In this document: piece by piece, positions 28,801-37,623 of the stretch
Numbering within the stretch: position 1 is the first letter of the stretch
Layout of the letters: each line of letters opens with the position of its first letter
Virus record (IMG/VR): IMGVR_UViG_3300013947_000019
Coordinates: 32,001-96,000 of that record
Direction: 5' to 3' (one strand)
Origin: a virus
Taxonomy: Duplodnaviria > Caudoviricetes
DNA: 64,000 bases
Position numbers and translations under genes: made by a program
The notes under the pieces: generated by a model
Seen by the model: the letters and a program-made list of their open reading frames with translations, nothing else
The model's database searches: none
What the model was told of the DNA's origin: nothing

Positions 28801-30294
28801 TTAATAATCTGGTAACTGATTATACTCGTCCCAATACTCTTTTGTAAACTTTGGTTTTGATACATGTCTTGGTTCAGTTGGCTCATTCAGGAACAAAGCA
28901 TCTTCCAAAGATCGTTCAGAATACACGGTGGTACCAGTACCAGTCTCACACTTGTAAATAGGTTTCTTCGCACCCGGATTTATAATACTAGCTGTTATAC
29001 CCTCCTCTTCATCAATTACTACAAATCCTTTATCGGTTATATCTCCTCCATGTTTTTCAAACCATTTTTTACGCGCTTCATATGTCTTCTTCTGATGAGC
29101 ATATTGTTTCTTGGCATGTTTCTCACGAATTTTAGCTCGCTCATATTCAGCGTACCATTGTTTGCGAACTCGATCTCGTACAAGTTTGGTATCTCCCATC
29201 CAACCATTTGCCATCTCTTCAGAGATCTGACCATCTTTTACAAGACCATCTAAAAGTTTCACAAAATCTTTCCGCTTCTCATCATATTTCTTTAACTGTT
29301 TTTGAAGCGCAGCTTTCATCTTCTTTTCGCTAACAAAAGATGCACCAGTTAAAGGATCATGAAGCATCATATTCTTACGCCAACCTTTATTCCTCTTATT
29401 GATCTGCTTCAGGAATACGATTCTTCTCATTCCCATAGCAGTCATATTCGGATACTTCTTGGCTTTCTTCTTGAATTTCTTAATTGGATTTTTATCACAC
29501 CAATCAGAAAATTCTTTCCAATATTCATCTGGAATATCGGGACACTTTACCGTATATGGATTGACATCATACTCTCTCCGATGACGTTCTGCCACTTCAA
29601 TACGCTTGAACTTTAAACCACCAACATCCTCCACTGTGGTAGCTTCATCCTCATATTTTGATTTCAAACGTTCATACATCTCTTTCGAAGAGATTGTCTT
29701 ATTAGTATTATGTGTCATATACGTAGACCAATACATGGCTGCTTCATAACACACTTCTACCAACTCATCCAATTTACCTGCATATTCATAATATAACTTA
29801 TCAGCTTCAGATCTCTTCAAGAAAGATTCCAGATACCAATAGGCAATATCATATTTAACTTGCTGTTGCTGTTTATATTCAGCTTTCTTTCTCTTCTTAC
29901 GAAGCTTTCTGATTTTCTTAGATTCTTTGGCCTCCTTGGGAAGATGAATCGTTGTGATCTCAGGAACATATTTCTTTTTCCACTCAGATTCATCTGTGAT
30001 CTTCTTAGACATCTTTTTGATATCTTTATCAGAGTAATCTAAGAATTCATCAGGTGGTTCTGGACCAGGGCCTAACCAACGATCAGTCCAGGGATCTCGA
30101 TTAAACATCTTCACATAGTTTTCTTCTGTTCCTGCCAAGTCTGCTCTTTTACGAGCTGCTTGACGTTTCGCTTCATAAAACTTGTCTTCTGCTTCAGTAG
30201 TTTCTTCCTCTGGAATACCAAACTCTTTTCTGAGTTCCATAATCTTTTCATGTGCACTCTTACGCTTTCTGGGCTCATCACTCATCATCTTCAC
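28801..30294 (-). CDS. Highly charged (Lys/Glu-rich) hypothetical protein
   Basis: 497 aa; overlaps the 3' end of the RNase H gene (translational coupling). Confidence 0.75.
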   Translation of the reverse strand: MKMMSDEPRKRKSAHEKIMELRKEFGIPEEETTEAEDKFYEAKRQAARKRADLAGTEENYVKMFNRDPWTDRWLGPGPEPPDEFLDYSDKDIKKMSKKITDESEWKKKYVPEITTIHLPKEAKESKKIRKLRKKRKKAEYKQQQQVKYDIAYWYLESFLKRSEADKLYYEYAGKLDELVEVCYEAAMYWSTYMTHNTNKTISSKEMYERLKSKYEDEATTVEDVGGLKFKRIEVAERHRREYDVNPYTVKCPDIPDEYWKEFSDWCDKNPIKKFKKKAKKYPNMTAMGMRRIVFLKQINKRNKGWRKNMMLHDPLTGASFVSEKKMKAALQKQLKKYDEKRKDFVKLLDGLVKDGQISEEMANGWMGDTKLVRDRVRKQWYAEYERAKIREKHAKKQYAHQKKTYEARKKWFEKHGGDITDKGFVVIDEEEGITASIINPGAKKPIYKCETGTGTTVYSERSLEDALFLNEPTEPRHVSKPKFTKEYWDEYNQLPDY

Positions 30295-30910
30295 CTCCTC
30301 GTCTTGGAATCATTGTAATAAAACCTCTTCTGTTACGTAACCATACATTGCGAACTTCTGTTGCTTTCTCATCAGCCCAAGCATTCATCTTCATAATAAG
30401 TTTAGCCTGTGCATTCGATACATTTACTCCAGCATTGATAATTTTATATTTCATCTTTGTCACATCATTCTTATCTTTAATATTCTTATGAGAATTAATG
30501 TGCACATACTTAATTGTGAGATTTAGATCTCTTTCTAAGTTTTGAATCTTTCGATATATTTCCTGATTCTTAACTCTTCCACCTTGGGATTTCTTCCAAT
30601 TGAATGGATTAGAAGTATTCCAATACTGTTTTGACCATATCGTCAAAGCTTGTACTGTTAATTTTGAATCGGATATCACTAAGACATTCGTTGGTTTTGC
30701 TTTAGTATATTTTCCAAGCATTTGAAGTGCTTTATAGATAGCATATCCTTCACAATAATTAATACCTTTACCATTCAAAGCTTTTCCATGAATGGTATAT
30801 TTCATCGTCTTGCAATTTAAAATAACAAATGCATAGGCTCCAGGAACTTCACCATTTCTTTCGTCCCGGAATACTCCAGCATCTGTTGCAATAATATATT
30901 CTGGAACCAT
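30278..30910 (-). CDS. rnhA: Ribonuclease HI
   Basis: TDAG (D10), CEGYAI (E48), SDS (D70), VKNQEI, NSH, NAWADEKA (D134); all catalytic positions present. Confidence 0.9.
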   Translation of the reverse strand: MVPEYIIATDAGVFRDERNGEVPGAYAFVILNCKTMKYTIHGKALNGKGINYCEGYAIYKALQMLGKYTKAKPTNVLVISDSKLTVQALTIWSKQYWNTSNPFNWKKSQGGRVKNQEIYRKIQNLERDLNLTIKYVHINSHKNIKDKNDVTKMKYKIINAGVNVSNAQAKLIMKMNAWADEKATEVRNVWLRNRRGFITMIPRRGGEDDE

Positions 30911-30938
30911 AATGAAGTTCCTCCTTTCATTCGTATAT

Positions 30939-30951
30939 ATAATATATATTT
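30939..30951 (-). promoter_or_regulatory. Early promoter
   Basis: Exact AAATATATATTAT on the minus strand upstream of the RNase H SD. Confidence 0.7.
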
Positions 30952-30961
30952 CAAAAAAGAA

Positions 30962-30990
30962 TGTGGAGAATCCCTAACGGATCCTCCACA
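30962..30990 (-). terminator. Terminator hairpin
   Basis: TGTGGAGAATCC-CTAAC-GGATCCTCCACA flanked by A/T runs. Confidence 0.65.
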
Positions 30991-30994
30991 CTTT

Positions 30995-31222
30995 TTATTT
31001 CACATTAAATTGCTGGAATAAATTTTCCAACCGATGAGCAAGAATAGTTACATCTGTTCGCATTTTGATACGAAGATTTGTAAGTTGTCCTGACTCTTTT
31101 GCATCTTCCATATAGTCAATATTATCCATTAATATATGCGCATATTTCTTACATTCATAAATTTCATTTCGTAATGAAGTCAATTTTCTATCTGTTACAA
31201 TTTTCATATCATTTACCCTCAT
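30995..31222 (-). CDS. Hypothetical protein
   Basis: 75 aa, coupled to the upstream gene. Confidence 0.55.
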   Translation of the reverse strand: MRVNDMKIVTDRKLTSLRNEIYECKKYAHILMDNIDYMEDAKESGQLTNLRIKMRTDVTILAHRLENLFQQFNVK

Positions 31223-31982
31223 TAAGAGACATGATCAAGTCATAGAGTTTTGTTTGAGAAATACCATCTCCATGCTTTCCGCCCTCTTCTTGATCAATAT
31301 ATACTAAATGTCGTCTCAGGTTATCTGGGATTTCATTCTGAATAATTGTATATCCCTTTGTCATTTCCTGAAGATTTCTGAATTTAATCTTCAATGTATC
31401 GCTGATATATTCACCATAGATATCAAAGAATGCTTCAGGATCTCCATATAATACATTTAATGGAATAAATAAATCATTCTCTTCAGAGTGAATATAACTG
31501 TGACAGACTTCACATAAAGGATATAATCCTACTAAACCAAGATAGTGATCATACATTACTTCTTTAGCAATGGCTGATTGCTTTAAAGATTCACCACGTT
31601 TTAATCGTTTATTGATCACAATATAAATGATATCCTCAATTGTAAGTGGAGTATGATGAATTTCGATTGTAAACCCATCATACTTCTTAATATTTGGATG
31701 AACTCCACAGTGATACATCATACATTTATCTTTCAAGAAAGCAATCAGTTGTTTGTATTCATAACTATTGCGAATCATAAACTTCGTTCTGACTACAAAC
31801 TTGTGGAGTTCTTTTGGATCATCTTCAAACATACTCAAGTCATCTACATACTCAGAAGGAGATAATGATACTTGAGCAGTTTCATATTCTTTCTTTTCTT
31901 TATATGTCTCTTTTGGTTGTCCTATATCTATCGTATTAGGAGGTAGAGACTTACCTTTCTTATGAACAGATGGCATCCTCAT
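31209..31982 (-). CDS. HNH-like protein
   Basis: IEIHHTPLTIEDI...HYLGLVGLYPLCEVCHSYIH; resembles 22535..23167. Confidence 0.6.
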   Translation of the reverse strand: MRMPSVHKKGKSLPPNTIDIGQPKETYKEKKEYETAQVSLSPSEYVDDLSMFEDDPKELHKFVVRTKFMIRNSYEYKQLIAFLKDKCMMYHCGVHPNIKKYDGFTIEIHHTPLTIEDIIYIVINKRLKRGESLKQSAIAKEVMYDHYLGLVGLYPLCEVCHSYIHSEENDLFIPLNVLYGDPEAFFDIYGEYISDTLKIKFRNLQEMTKGYTIIQNEIPDNLRRHLVYIDQEEGGKHGDGISQTKLYDLIMSLNEGK

Positions 31983-32007
31983 ATTGAGATCTGCCTCCTT
32001 CCATATA

Positions 32008-32418
32008 TTAATAATCGCTCAGATCATAATCTGCGTAGTAACCGGAAATCTCATAATATTTCTTACGTTCTTTATCATCCATCTTCTCTAAGACAATTTT
32101 CTCGTAATCATATAACCAATCCCAGAGTTGATCTAAAGCTTCTGCATCTCTGGTAAATCCGTGACTTTCCAGATCGCGCTTGATATGCATAATACGACCT
32201 TGAATGGCTTTCATTTTCAGATCAGGATTCTTAGATTTCCAGGGAATATCTCTGGCTCCACCTCCAGGATATTTGGTGTCTTCATCTTTACGGAATCGAT
32301 CAGTATTAATCTTACCTTTTACTTTTTCAGCTACTTTGCTATACTTCTTAGGTTTAGGTGCATTATTATCCACCAGTGGATTAAACACAACATCTTCGAA
32401 TAAACTAAATAAACCCAT
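32008..32418 (-). CDS. Hypothetical protein
   Basis: ORF track gives 32008..32454; SD GGAGG supports ATG 32418 (MGLFSLFED...). Confidence 0.65.
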   Translation of the reverse strand: MGLFSLFEDVVFNPLVDNNAPKPKKYSKVAEKVKGKINTDRFRKDEDTKYPGGGARDIPWKSKNPDLKMKAIQGRIMHIKRDLESHGFTRDAEALDQLWDWLYDYEKIVLEKMDDKERKKYYEISGYYADYDLSDY

Positions 32419-32464
32419 AATATGATCCTCCACTATCATATAAATTAAAAACACTTTAACACGC

Positions 32465-32650
32465 TAAAGTGCGCGGGGCGGGGCCGGGGGCAGGTTTCCT
32501 GCATTAGACAAGACGTTCGCGCAATATCGCGCTCACTCAAGCCCGCCATTTCTAATGAAATTTTGACCAGGTGAAACATTGATTGGCGGGCGGGCACTTT
32601 TCCGGTAACTACGTTGTTGACAAGGAACGCACTTCGTGCTTTACTGAGGG
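32465..32650. other. GC-rich structured island
   Basis: GGGGCGGGGCCGGGGGCAGG run; stems AAAGTGC/GCACTTT and GCCCGCCA/TGGCGGGC; embedded in very AT-rich DNA. Confidence 0.55.
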
Positions 32651-33166
32651 TTAGTGATTTAAACATTCAATACTAAGATATCCTAAAACTACTGGATCGT
32701 CTGTATTTACTTCAGAGACATTGAGCATAGTTTTGATAGTATTTTTCAGACGATCCATATTTACAATTTTGAGGAACTGGAAAATATCATTGACTACAAT
32801 GGGAGATTTATTTTTCTGAAGTTTAACCAGTTCCTCATTAATTTTCTTAGTTACAATTTTATTGATCGATGGATCACAAATTACTAGAATAGTTAATTCA
32901 TCAGAGATATCAGATCCATCGATTTTTAGTCTAAGAAATTGAGATAATGATTTAATCTGAGTAGATAAATCAGAACTATCATTTCTCTGAAATTTAAATA
33001 TATTATTTCCAAAATTATTTAGTTCTGATTTTCTTTTATTAGAGAATATATTGAAGATATATTGACTCTGATCCAACATAGGAATTTTTGTTTCTTTATA
33101 AGTTAATACTAGTTCAGGAGTTGGATCAGATAATTTCTTACAATCAGAAGTAATAATCCAAATCAT
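32651..33166 (-). CDS. AT-rich hypothetical protein
   Basis: 171-aa ORF with a weak SD and atypical composition. Confidence 0.45.
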   Translation of the reverse strand: MIWIITSDCKKLSDPTPELVLTYKETKIPMLDQSQYIFNIFSNKRKSELNNFGNNIFKFQRNDSSDLSTQIKSLSQFLRLKIDGSDISDELTILVICDPSINKIVTKKINEELVKLQKNKSPIVVNDIFQFLKIVNMDRLKNTIKTMLNVSEVNTDDPVVLGYLSIECLNH

Positions 33167-33461
33167 ATCAGTAAAATACCTTTCTAATAAGTATAAAACT
33201 GTCTAGTAATATAGTAGAAAAATACAAGAAAAATAATGATATATTTCTTCTAATTTTTCTTAATTTTTTGAAAGAATTCGAAAATTTTATTTGAGAATTC
33301 TCATTAAAATGCATTTTCCAACCCGAGAAGGGTTTCGAAAATGCCGAGGGCTAGATAACATCACGTTAGCTAGACCAACATTATTCACTATATCTTCTGT
33401 ATATATAAATAGTAATACATAGAATCTATTTAAAATTGTTAGTAAAAAGAGATTAAATTTG

Positions 33462-33474
33462 AGATATATATTAT
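33462..33474 (+). promoter_or_regulatory. Early promoter
   Basis: AGATATATATTAT upstream of SD AAAGGAGG. Confidence 0.65.
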
Positions 33475-33505
33475 AGAAATAGTACATAGAAAGGAGGTAT
33501 TTATT

Positions 33506-34216
33506 ATGCAGAAAAATCATTGGTATCATTCGACAAAAGATAAAGTTGAGTTAGATCTTACTCAACACGAAATTATTAAGTTACATGAACTTTGTGATTA
33601 TATCATTGAAGTTTGTGATGAGTATATAAAGTATCTTTATAAAAATTATACTGATTATATTCATATGGGTGAAATAGCTGAAACGACATATGTAGATACT
33701 ACACCAGGATGGAAGCCATACTATAAATATCATATTAAAAAACATGAGGATTTATTACGTATATATCTATATGAAATTGCTAATGAGTTTCCTCATGCTT
33801 TTGAAGCTTCTAAATATAATGGTTTTAGTTATACCAATTTTTATGATGCGATGAATAAGTATTGTAAAAAGCTTTACTTGCTGCGTATTCATAAAAAGTC
33901 AAGTGATCGATTACTAGTTATAACTCCAGCACATCATGTATCATTATCCAGAATCAATGATCGTGGTTCAATCACAATACCTGGATTTAAGAAAAATATA
34001 AAACTGCGGAGTAAATTTAAGAATGTGCTTGGTGATGATCGTGTAATGCATTATTTTATCAATATCACAAAACCATCAAGTTCAAAGCTTATGAAAGCTT
34101 CATTGAATCTTGGTTTTGGTACAAAAAATAAACCATATTTTGATATCGATGGATTTATTAATTTACGAAAGAAAAAGAAAGGAGAGAAATCCAATGGCTG
34201 GAAAAAAGAACGATAA
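33506..34216 (+). CDS. Hypothetical early protein
   Basis: 236 aa, strong SD; C-terminal FDIDGFINLRK motif. Confidence 0.75.
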   Translation: MQKNHWYHSTKDKVELDLTQHEIIKLHELCDYIIEVCDEYIKYLYKNYTDYIHMGEIAETTYVDTTPGWKPYYKYHIKKHEDLLRIYLYEIANEFPHAFEASKYNGFSYTNFYDAMNKYCKKLYLLRIHKKSSDRLLVITPAHHVSLSRINDRGSITIPGFKKNIKLRSKFKNVLGDDRVMHYFINITKPSSSKLMKASLNLGFGTKNKPYFDIDGFINLRKKKKGEKSNGWKKER

Positions 34217-34898
34217 TAAACTTCGTGGTAAACGAGATGAAGAAGGTTTCATTCAGCTGATTCCGAAGAGTGAAAATAAAACTGAAAAAGTTAAATCAGT
34301 AAAAAAGAGTGATGGGAACCCCTTTAAAATGGGGTCTTACAAATATCGATTGTTCAAATCTCTTCAAAAACACCGTACCCCAAAGTGGGTACTCGGGTTC
34401 CACCATGAAAAGGCAGAAAACGTCATTTTAGGGGTAGATAAGAAAGATAAACCTAAGACGATTATTACTTCTTATCCGGTTGGTAAGAAAGAGCTGAATG
34501 ATGCTGGAATTCAGAAGTCAGAAGGTCTTTCTGTATTGATTAATTGTGGTATGGGAACGTATCAAAAGATCCCATATTCAGTCTATAAGAAGTTCAAGAA
34601 AATCGAAAAGATGATCATTACAGTTAGATTAGAAACCTGGTCGGATGGAGATGATGAAGGAGAAGAAGTTTATGCCCATCAGTACTTCATTGATTCTATT
34701 GGAGAGCTGATGAGATTCTATCTATATCTGAGACATTTAGATGAGTATGTAAATGAACTTACTTCTTCTTTGTTATGGTATAATCGAATCAAGTTTAAGA
34801 TCGATACGATGGTAGATAAAGGAAAAGATAAACCAGAATATTTTAAAGGCAACTTTAATGAGTTTCTGGAAAAGTATGGATTTAAGGAGTTAATTTAA
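34194..34898 (+). CDS. Basic hypothetical early protein
   Basis: ORF track gives 34110..34898; SD AAAGGAG supports ATG 34194 (MAGKK...); N-terminal RDEEGFIQLIPK motif. Confidence 0.75.
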   Translation: MAGKKNDNKLRGKRDEEGFIQLIPKSENKTEKVKSVKKSDGNPFKMGSYKYRLFKSLQKHRTPKWVLGFHHEKAENVILGVDKKDKPKTIITSYPVGKKELNDAGIQKSEGLSVLINCGMGTYQKIPYSVYKKFKKIEKMIITVRLETWSDGDDEGEEVYAHQYFIDSIGELMRFYLYLRHLDEYVNELTSSLLWYNRIKFKIDTMVDKGKDKPEYFKGNFNEFLEKYGFKELI

Positions 34899-34900
34899 AT

Positions 34901-35068
34901 ATGACAAAAGATAGACTTTTTGAGATCCTGGATGATCTCACCAATAAGATGGTGGAAGATACAGATGTAAATACAGTCATAACGATCTTAGTGGATCAAT
35001 GTGACTGTACATATGATGAGTTGGAAGAACTCGGTTTCAATGAAGATGATATCGATGATGTACTGTGA
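34901..35068 (+). CDS. Small acidic protein (55 aa; below the ORF-track cutoff)
   Basis: SD AAGGAG; MTKDRLFEILDDLTNK...ELEELGFNEDDIDDVL*. Confidence 0.65.
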   Translation: MTKDRLFEILDDLTNKMVEDTDVNTVITILVDQCDCTYDELEELGFNEDDIDDVL

Positions 35069-35387
35069 TAATAAGAAAGTTGTTTCTACCAAAAATCCAG
35101 AACCGGATGAGTACGGATACTATAGAGCAACGGATATATCTACATTCTCTGATAAAGTTGAAGAGCTTATGAATGAAAGAGATGGTGTATCTACAATAGA
35201 TCATCCATATACAATGGATGATGTAAGAGCTGTAATCAGAATGCAATCTTATCAGAACTCTCCTAATGAGAGATGGAATGGTACTATGAAGTATCGCGGT
35301 CCAGATAAAATTGAATCTAATCATAAGGCTAAGAAGAAAAAGAAATTCAAATTAGTCAAGAAGTCAAAACAAAGAAATCGGAAGTAA
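35055..35387 (+). CDS. Hypothetical protein with basic tail
   Basis: ORF track gives 35001..35387; ATG 35055/35058 overlaps the preceding stop. Confidence 0.6.
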   Translation: MMYCDNKKVVSTKNPEPDEYGYYRATDISTFSDKVEELMNERDGVSTIDHPYTMDDVRAVIRMQSYQNSPNERWNGTMKYRGPDKIESNHKAKKKKKFKLVKKSKQRNRK

Positions 35388-35415
35388 ATAAGCTTCCGAT
35401 TTTGGCTCATCTTTC

Positions 35416-35428
35416 AAATATATATTAT
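35416..35428 (+). promoter_or_regulatory. Early promoter
   Basis: Exact AAATATATATTAT, followed by a leader hairpin (GAGTTAG...CTAACTC). Confidence 0.7.
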
Positions 35429-35508
35429 ATAAGTGATAGAGAGTTAGATGATATGCTGAGATCATAACTAACTCACAAATAATTTAAATTCAAAAGGAGA
35501 TATCTACA

Positions 35509-36141
35509 ATGAGCAGATCTGAGGCAAACAAGAAGAGAGCAAAGGCAATCGATACCAAGTATGAAACTACTGTCAAGGAACCCGAAACTGAAGTGAAGGA
35601 AGAGACCAAGAAGGAAAAGAAACCTTTCTTCAAGTTCAAGAGTACTCCTGCCGAGCGTATGACCAAGTTGGCAACGCTCAATGCACGCACCTATATCTTC
35701 CTGAAGGGTATGGGTATCGTGAACAAGAAGTTGAGCGCCAAGGTCAATGGCGAAGTTCAGCCGAATGGAAAGCCCTGGTTCAATGACAACAAGGTCACTG
35801 AAATCAAGGAAGAAGAGAAGGCCTCTCCGATCCTGAATACGGTTCCTACTACCACTGAGGTGGTCAAGAAGGATACCCAGAAGAAGGATCAGGATGAGAA
35901 GAAAGAAACCAAGAAGACAGAGACTACTCAGCAGGACTCTGTTAAGTCTAAGGAGCAGCCCGCCAAGGAAGAGAAGAAGGATAAGGAACCCAAGGTCGTT
36001 GAGGTGAAGGAAGATGAGATCGATTATCTCGTCGAACCTGAGACCGAGATGGAGAAGGTTCTGAAGCCCAAGAAGAATTACCGCAAGAATGGTAAGAAGG
36101 CCAGAAAGGCCGCAATGGAGGCTGCGAAGAAGTCTGCCTGA
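35509..36141 (+). CDS. Abundant Lys/Glu-rich, probably disordered early protein
   Basis: 210 aa, optimised codons, SD AAAGGAG. Confidence 0.8.
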   Translation: MSRSEANKKRAKAIDTKYETTVKEPETEVKEETKKEKKPFFKFKSTPAERMTKLATLNARTYIFLKGMGIVNKKLSAKVNGEVQPNGKPWFNDNKVTEIKEEEKASPILNTVPTTTEVVKKDTQKKDQDEKKETKKTETTQQDSVKSKEQPAKEEKKDKEPKVVEVKEDEIDYLVEPETEMEKVLKPKKNYRKNGKKARKAAMEAAKKSA

Positions 36142-36168
36142 TTGGGAGAGACAGGTAGACAAAAGAGT

Positions 36169-36193
36169 TGGGAGGGTCGCAATGACCCTCCCA
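36169..36193. terminator. Bidirectional terminator
   Basis: TGGGAGGGTC-GCAAT-GACCCTCCCA between convergent genes. Confidence 0.8.
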
Positions 36194-36214
36194 TTCTCTC
36201 TCATTATTTATTTT

Positions 36215-36447
36215 TTATTTATTAAGTTCCTTTTCAATTAGTGGTAAGTATTTATTTGCAAGCTGTCGTTTCTTTTCAATAACAATCTTGTTCATACCAC
36301 CAACTTTAATAATATCTAAGCACATACGCTTATAGATACCAATAGCTGATAGACAAGCGTCAATCTTATATACATGATCAGTATCTTTCGTGTATGGTGC
36401 AAGATCCGAAGGAATCACATTAGATACAATACCTTTTAATGCACTAA
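36215..36447 (-). CDS. RNA polymerase beta subunit, exon 2
   Basis: Splicing gives GDKISY-F-SALKGIVSNVIP...KRM, equivalent to RpoB GDKMAGRHGNKGVIS...SRM. Confidence 0.88.
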
Positions 36448-36573
36448 CTAATATCTTCAGATAGGGTCGCTAATCCTATCCCGCAGCATTACCTGCAGCT
36501 TACGGTTTTCCCGTAATGTAGAGACTATATTTTCAAGATATATCTTGTCTGGTCTTTCGGAATCGCTTGATTC

Positions 36574-37359
36574 CTAATGCTTATGAACTAAAATAATGAA
36601 ACCATTTTCATCTCTTGGTTCATATGCAATAGTCGTTGAACCTTTAACTTCTTCTAGTATAGGACGATATAGTTTTCCTTGGCGCATCTTTTTAATGACT
36701 TGTATTAATTTCTTCTCATCGTATTTTGGAAAATATTTAGCAATTTCCCGGGATGTGAAAACACCATATTGAATTAAACTTGCAATTGATAATAAGTCTT
36801 TTCGCTTATATGTTTTCATTCGAATTTCATCCACATCCCATTTATAATCCTTGCTTATATTATTCCATGTTTTTCTGTAAAATATTCTATCAAGAATACT
36901 ATCAATATTTTTAATATCATAAAGATCAAGTTTCTTTTCAATTTTTCGTATATTGTATCCCTGTTCAAATAACTCACATACTTTACGTACTTGATCATTT
37001 GTTAGTATTGAAAATTGATGATCTTCGCCAGTTCTATACAAATCATTAATAGATGCACGACATTTATTTTCATCACCAGTAACATACTCAAGATTATACA
37101 AAGCAGGGTTTAGTTTATTACAGTCTATATGATCCACTTCTAGATCAGAGTCATATGTAAAAGCTGCTAAAACTAAACGATGTAATGCATATTTTTTAAG
37201 TTTTCCAGATTTAGATACTAGAGTGACTCGAATATAACCTTTTTCATTTTTAGGATTACATCCATTTAATATTCGTCCATTTACAAGAGCAATTTTTCCT
37301 TCATCTGATATTAAATATCTTGTAGGATCAATGTCTCTATATACTAAGGGTATCCACAT
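36574..37359 (-). CDS. Intron-encoded HNH homing endonuclease (NUMOD4-like N-terminus)
   Basis: YLISDEG...GYIRV...LHRLVLAAF...VDHIDCNKLNPALYNLEYVT..EN; SD AAGGAGG. Confidence 0.92.
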   Translation of the reverse strand: MWIPLVYRDIDPTRYLISDEGKIALVNGRILNGCNPKNEKGYIRVTLVSKSGKLKKYALHRLVLAAFTYDSDLEVDHIDCNKLNPALYNLEYVTGDENKCRASINDLYRTGEDHQFSILTNDQVRKVCELFEQGYNIRKIEKKLDLYDIKNIDSILDRIFYRKTWNNISKDYKWDVDEIRMKTYKRKDLLSIASLIQYGVFTSREIAKYFPKYDEKKLIQVIKKMRQGKLYRPILEEVKGSTTIAYEPRDENGFIILVHKH

Positions 37360-37384
37360 GATTAAACTGCCTCCTTAAAATATT

Positions 37385-37396
37385 TAATCATATGTT
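37385..37396 (-). promoter_or_regulatory. Late-type promoter inside the RNAP intron
   Basis: AACATATGATTA on the minus strand just upstream of the HNH SD. Confidence 0.55.
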
Positions 37397-37623
37397 ATCC
37401 CCTTAGTTTATTAAAAGAAGTTACTTGGCTGCGGGTTAACCATATATCTCAATATTTTTTACGATACATCCAGACTCTCTCTGGATCCACTAACTATGTC
37501 ACCATGCTAGTTTCGTATATTGAGCTTTAGGTATCCAAGAATTAATTCTCAGATTGGTCTTATTTTAGCCCAGACCATTATTCCCGTCAATTAACCAGAT
37601 TACGTACCTAGGGCTTTATTTTC

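Larger units (their letters stand above)
36448..37623 (-). mobile_element. Group I intron in RNAP beta (1176 nt) with HNH endonuclease ORF
   Basis: P1 pairs exon CGUACU with intron GGUACG (U.G at the splice site); P10-like pairing of GCCCUAG with exon-2 UUAGUGC; R-like UUCAACGACUA and S-like AUAUAGUC elements; terminal G at 36448. Confidence 0.88.

Noticed and set aside
32445-32666. 73-aa ORF over the GC-rich island
   Set aside because: No SD and atypical composition; probably incidental.
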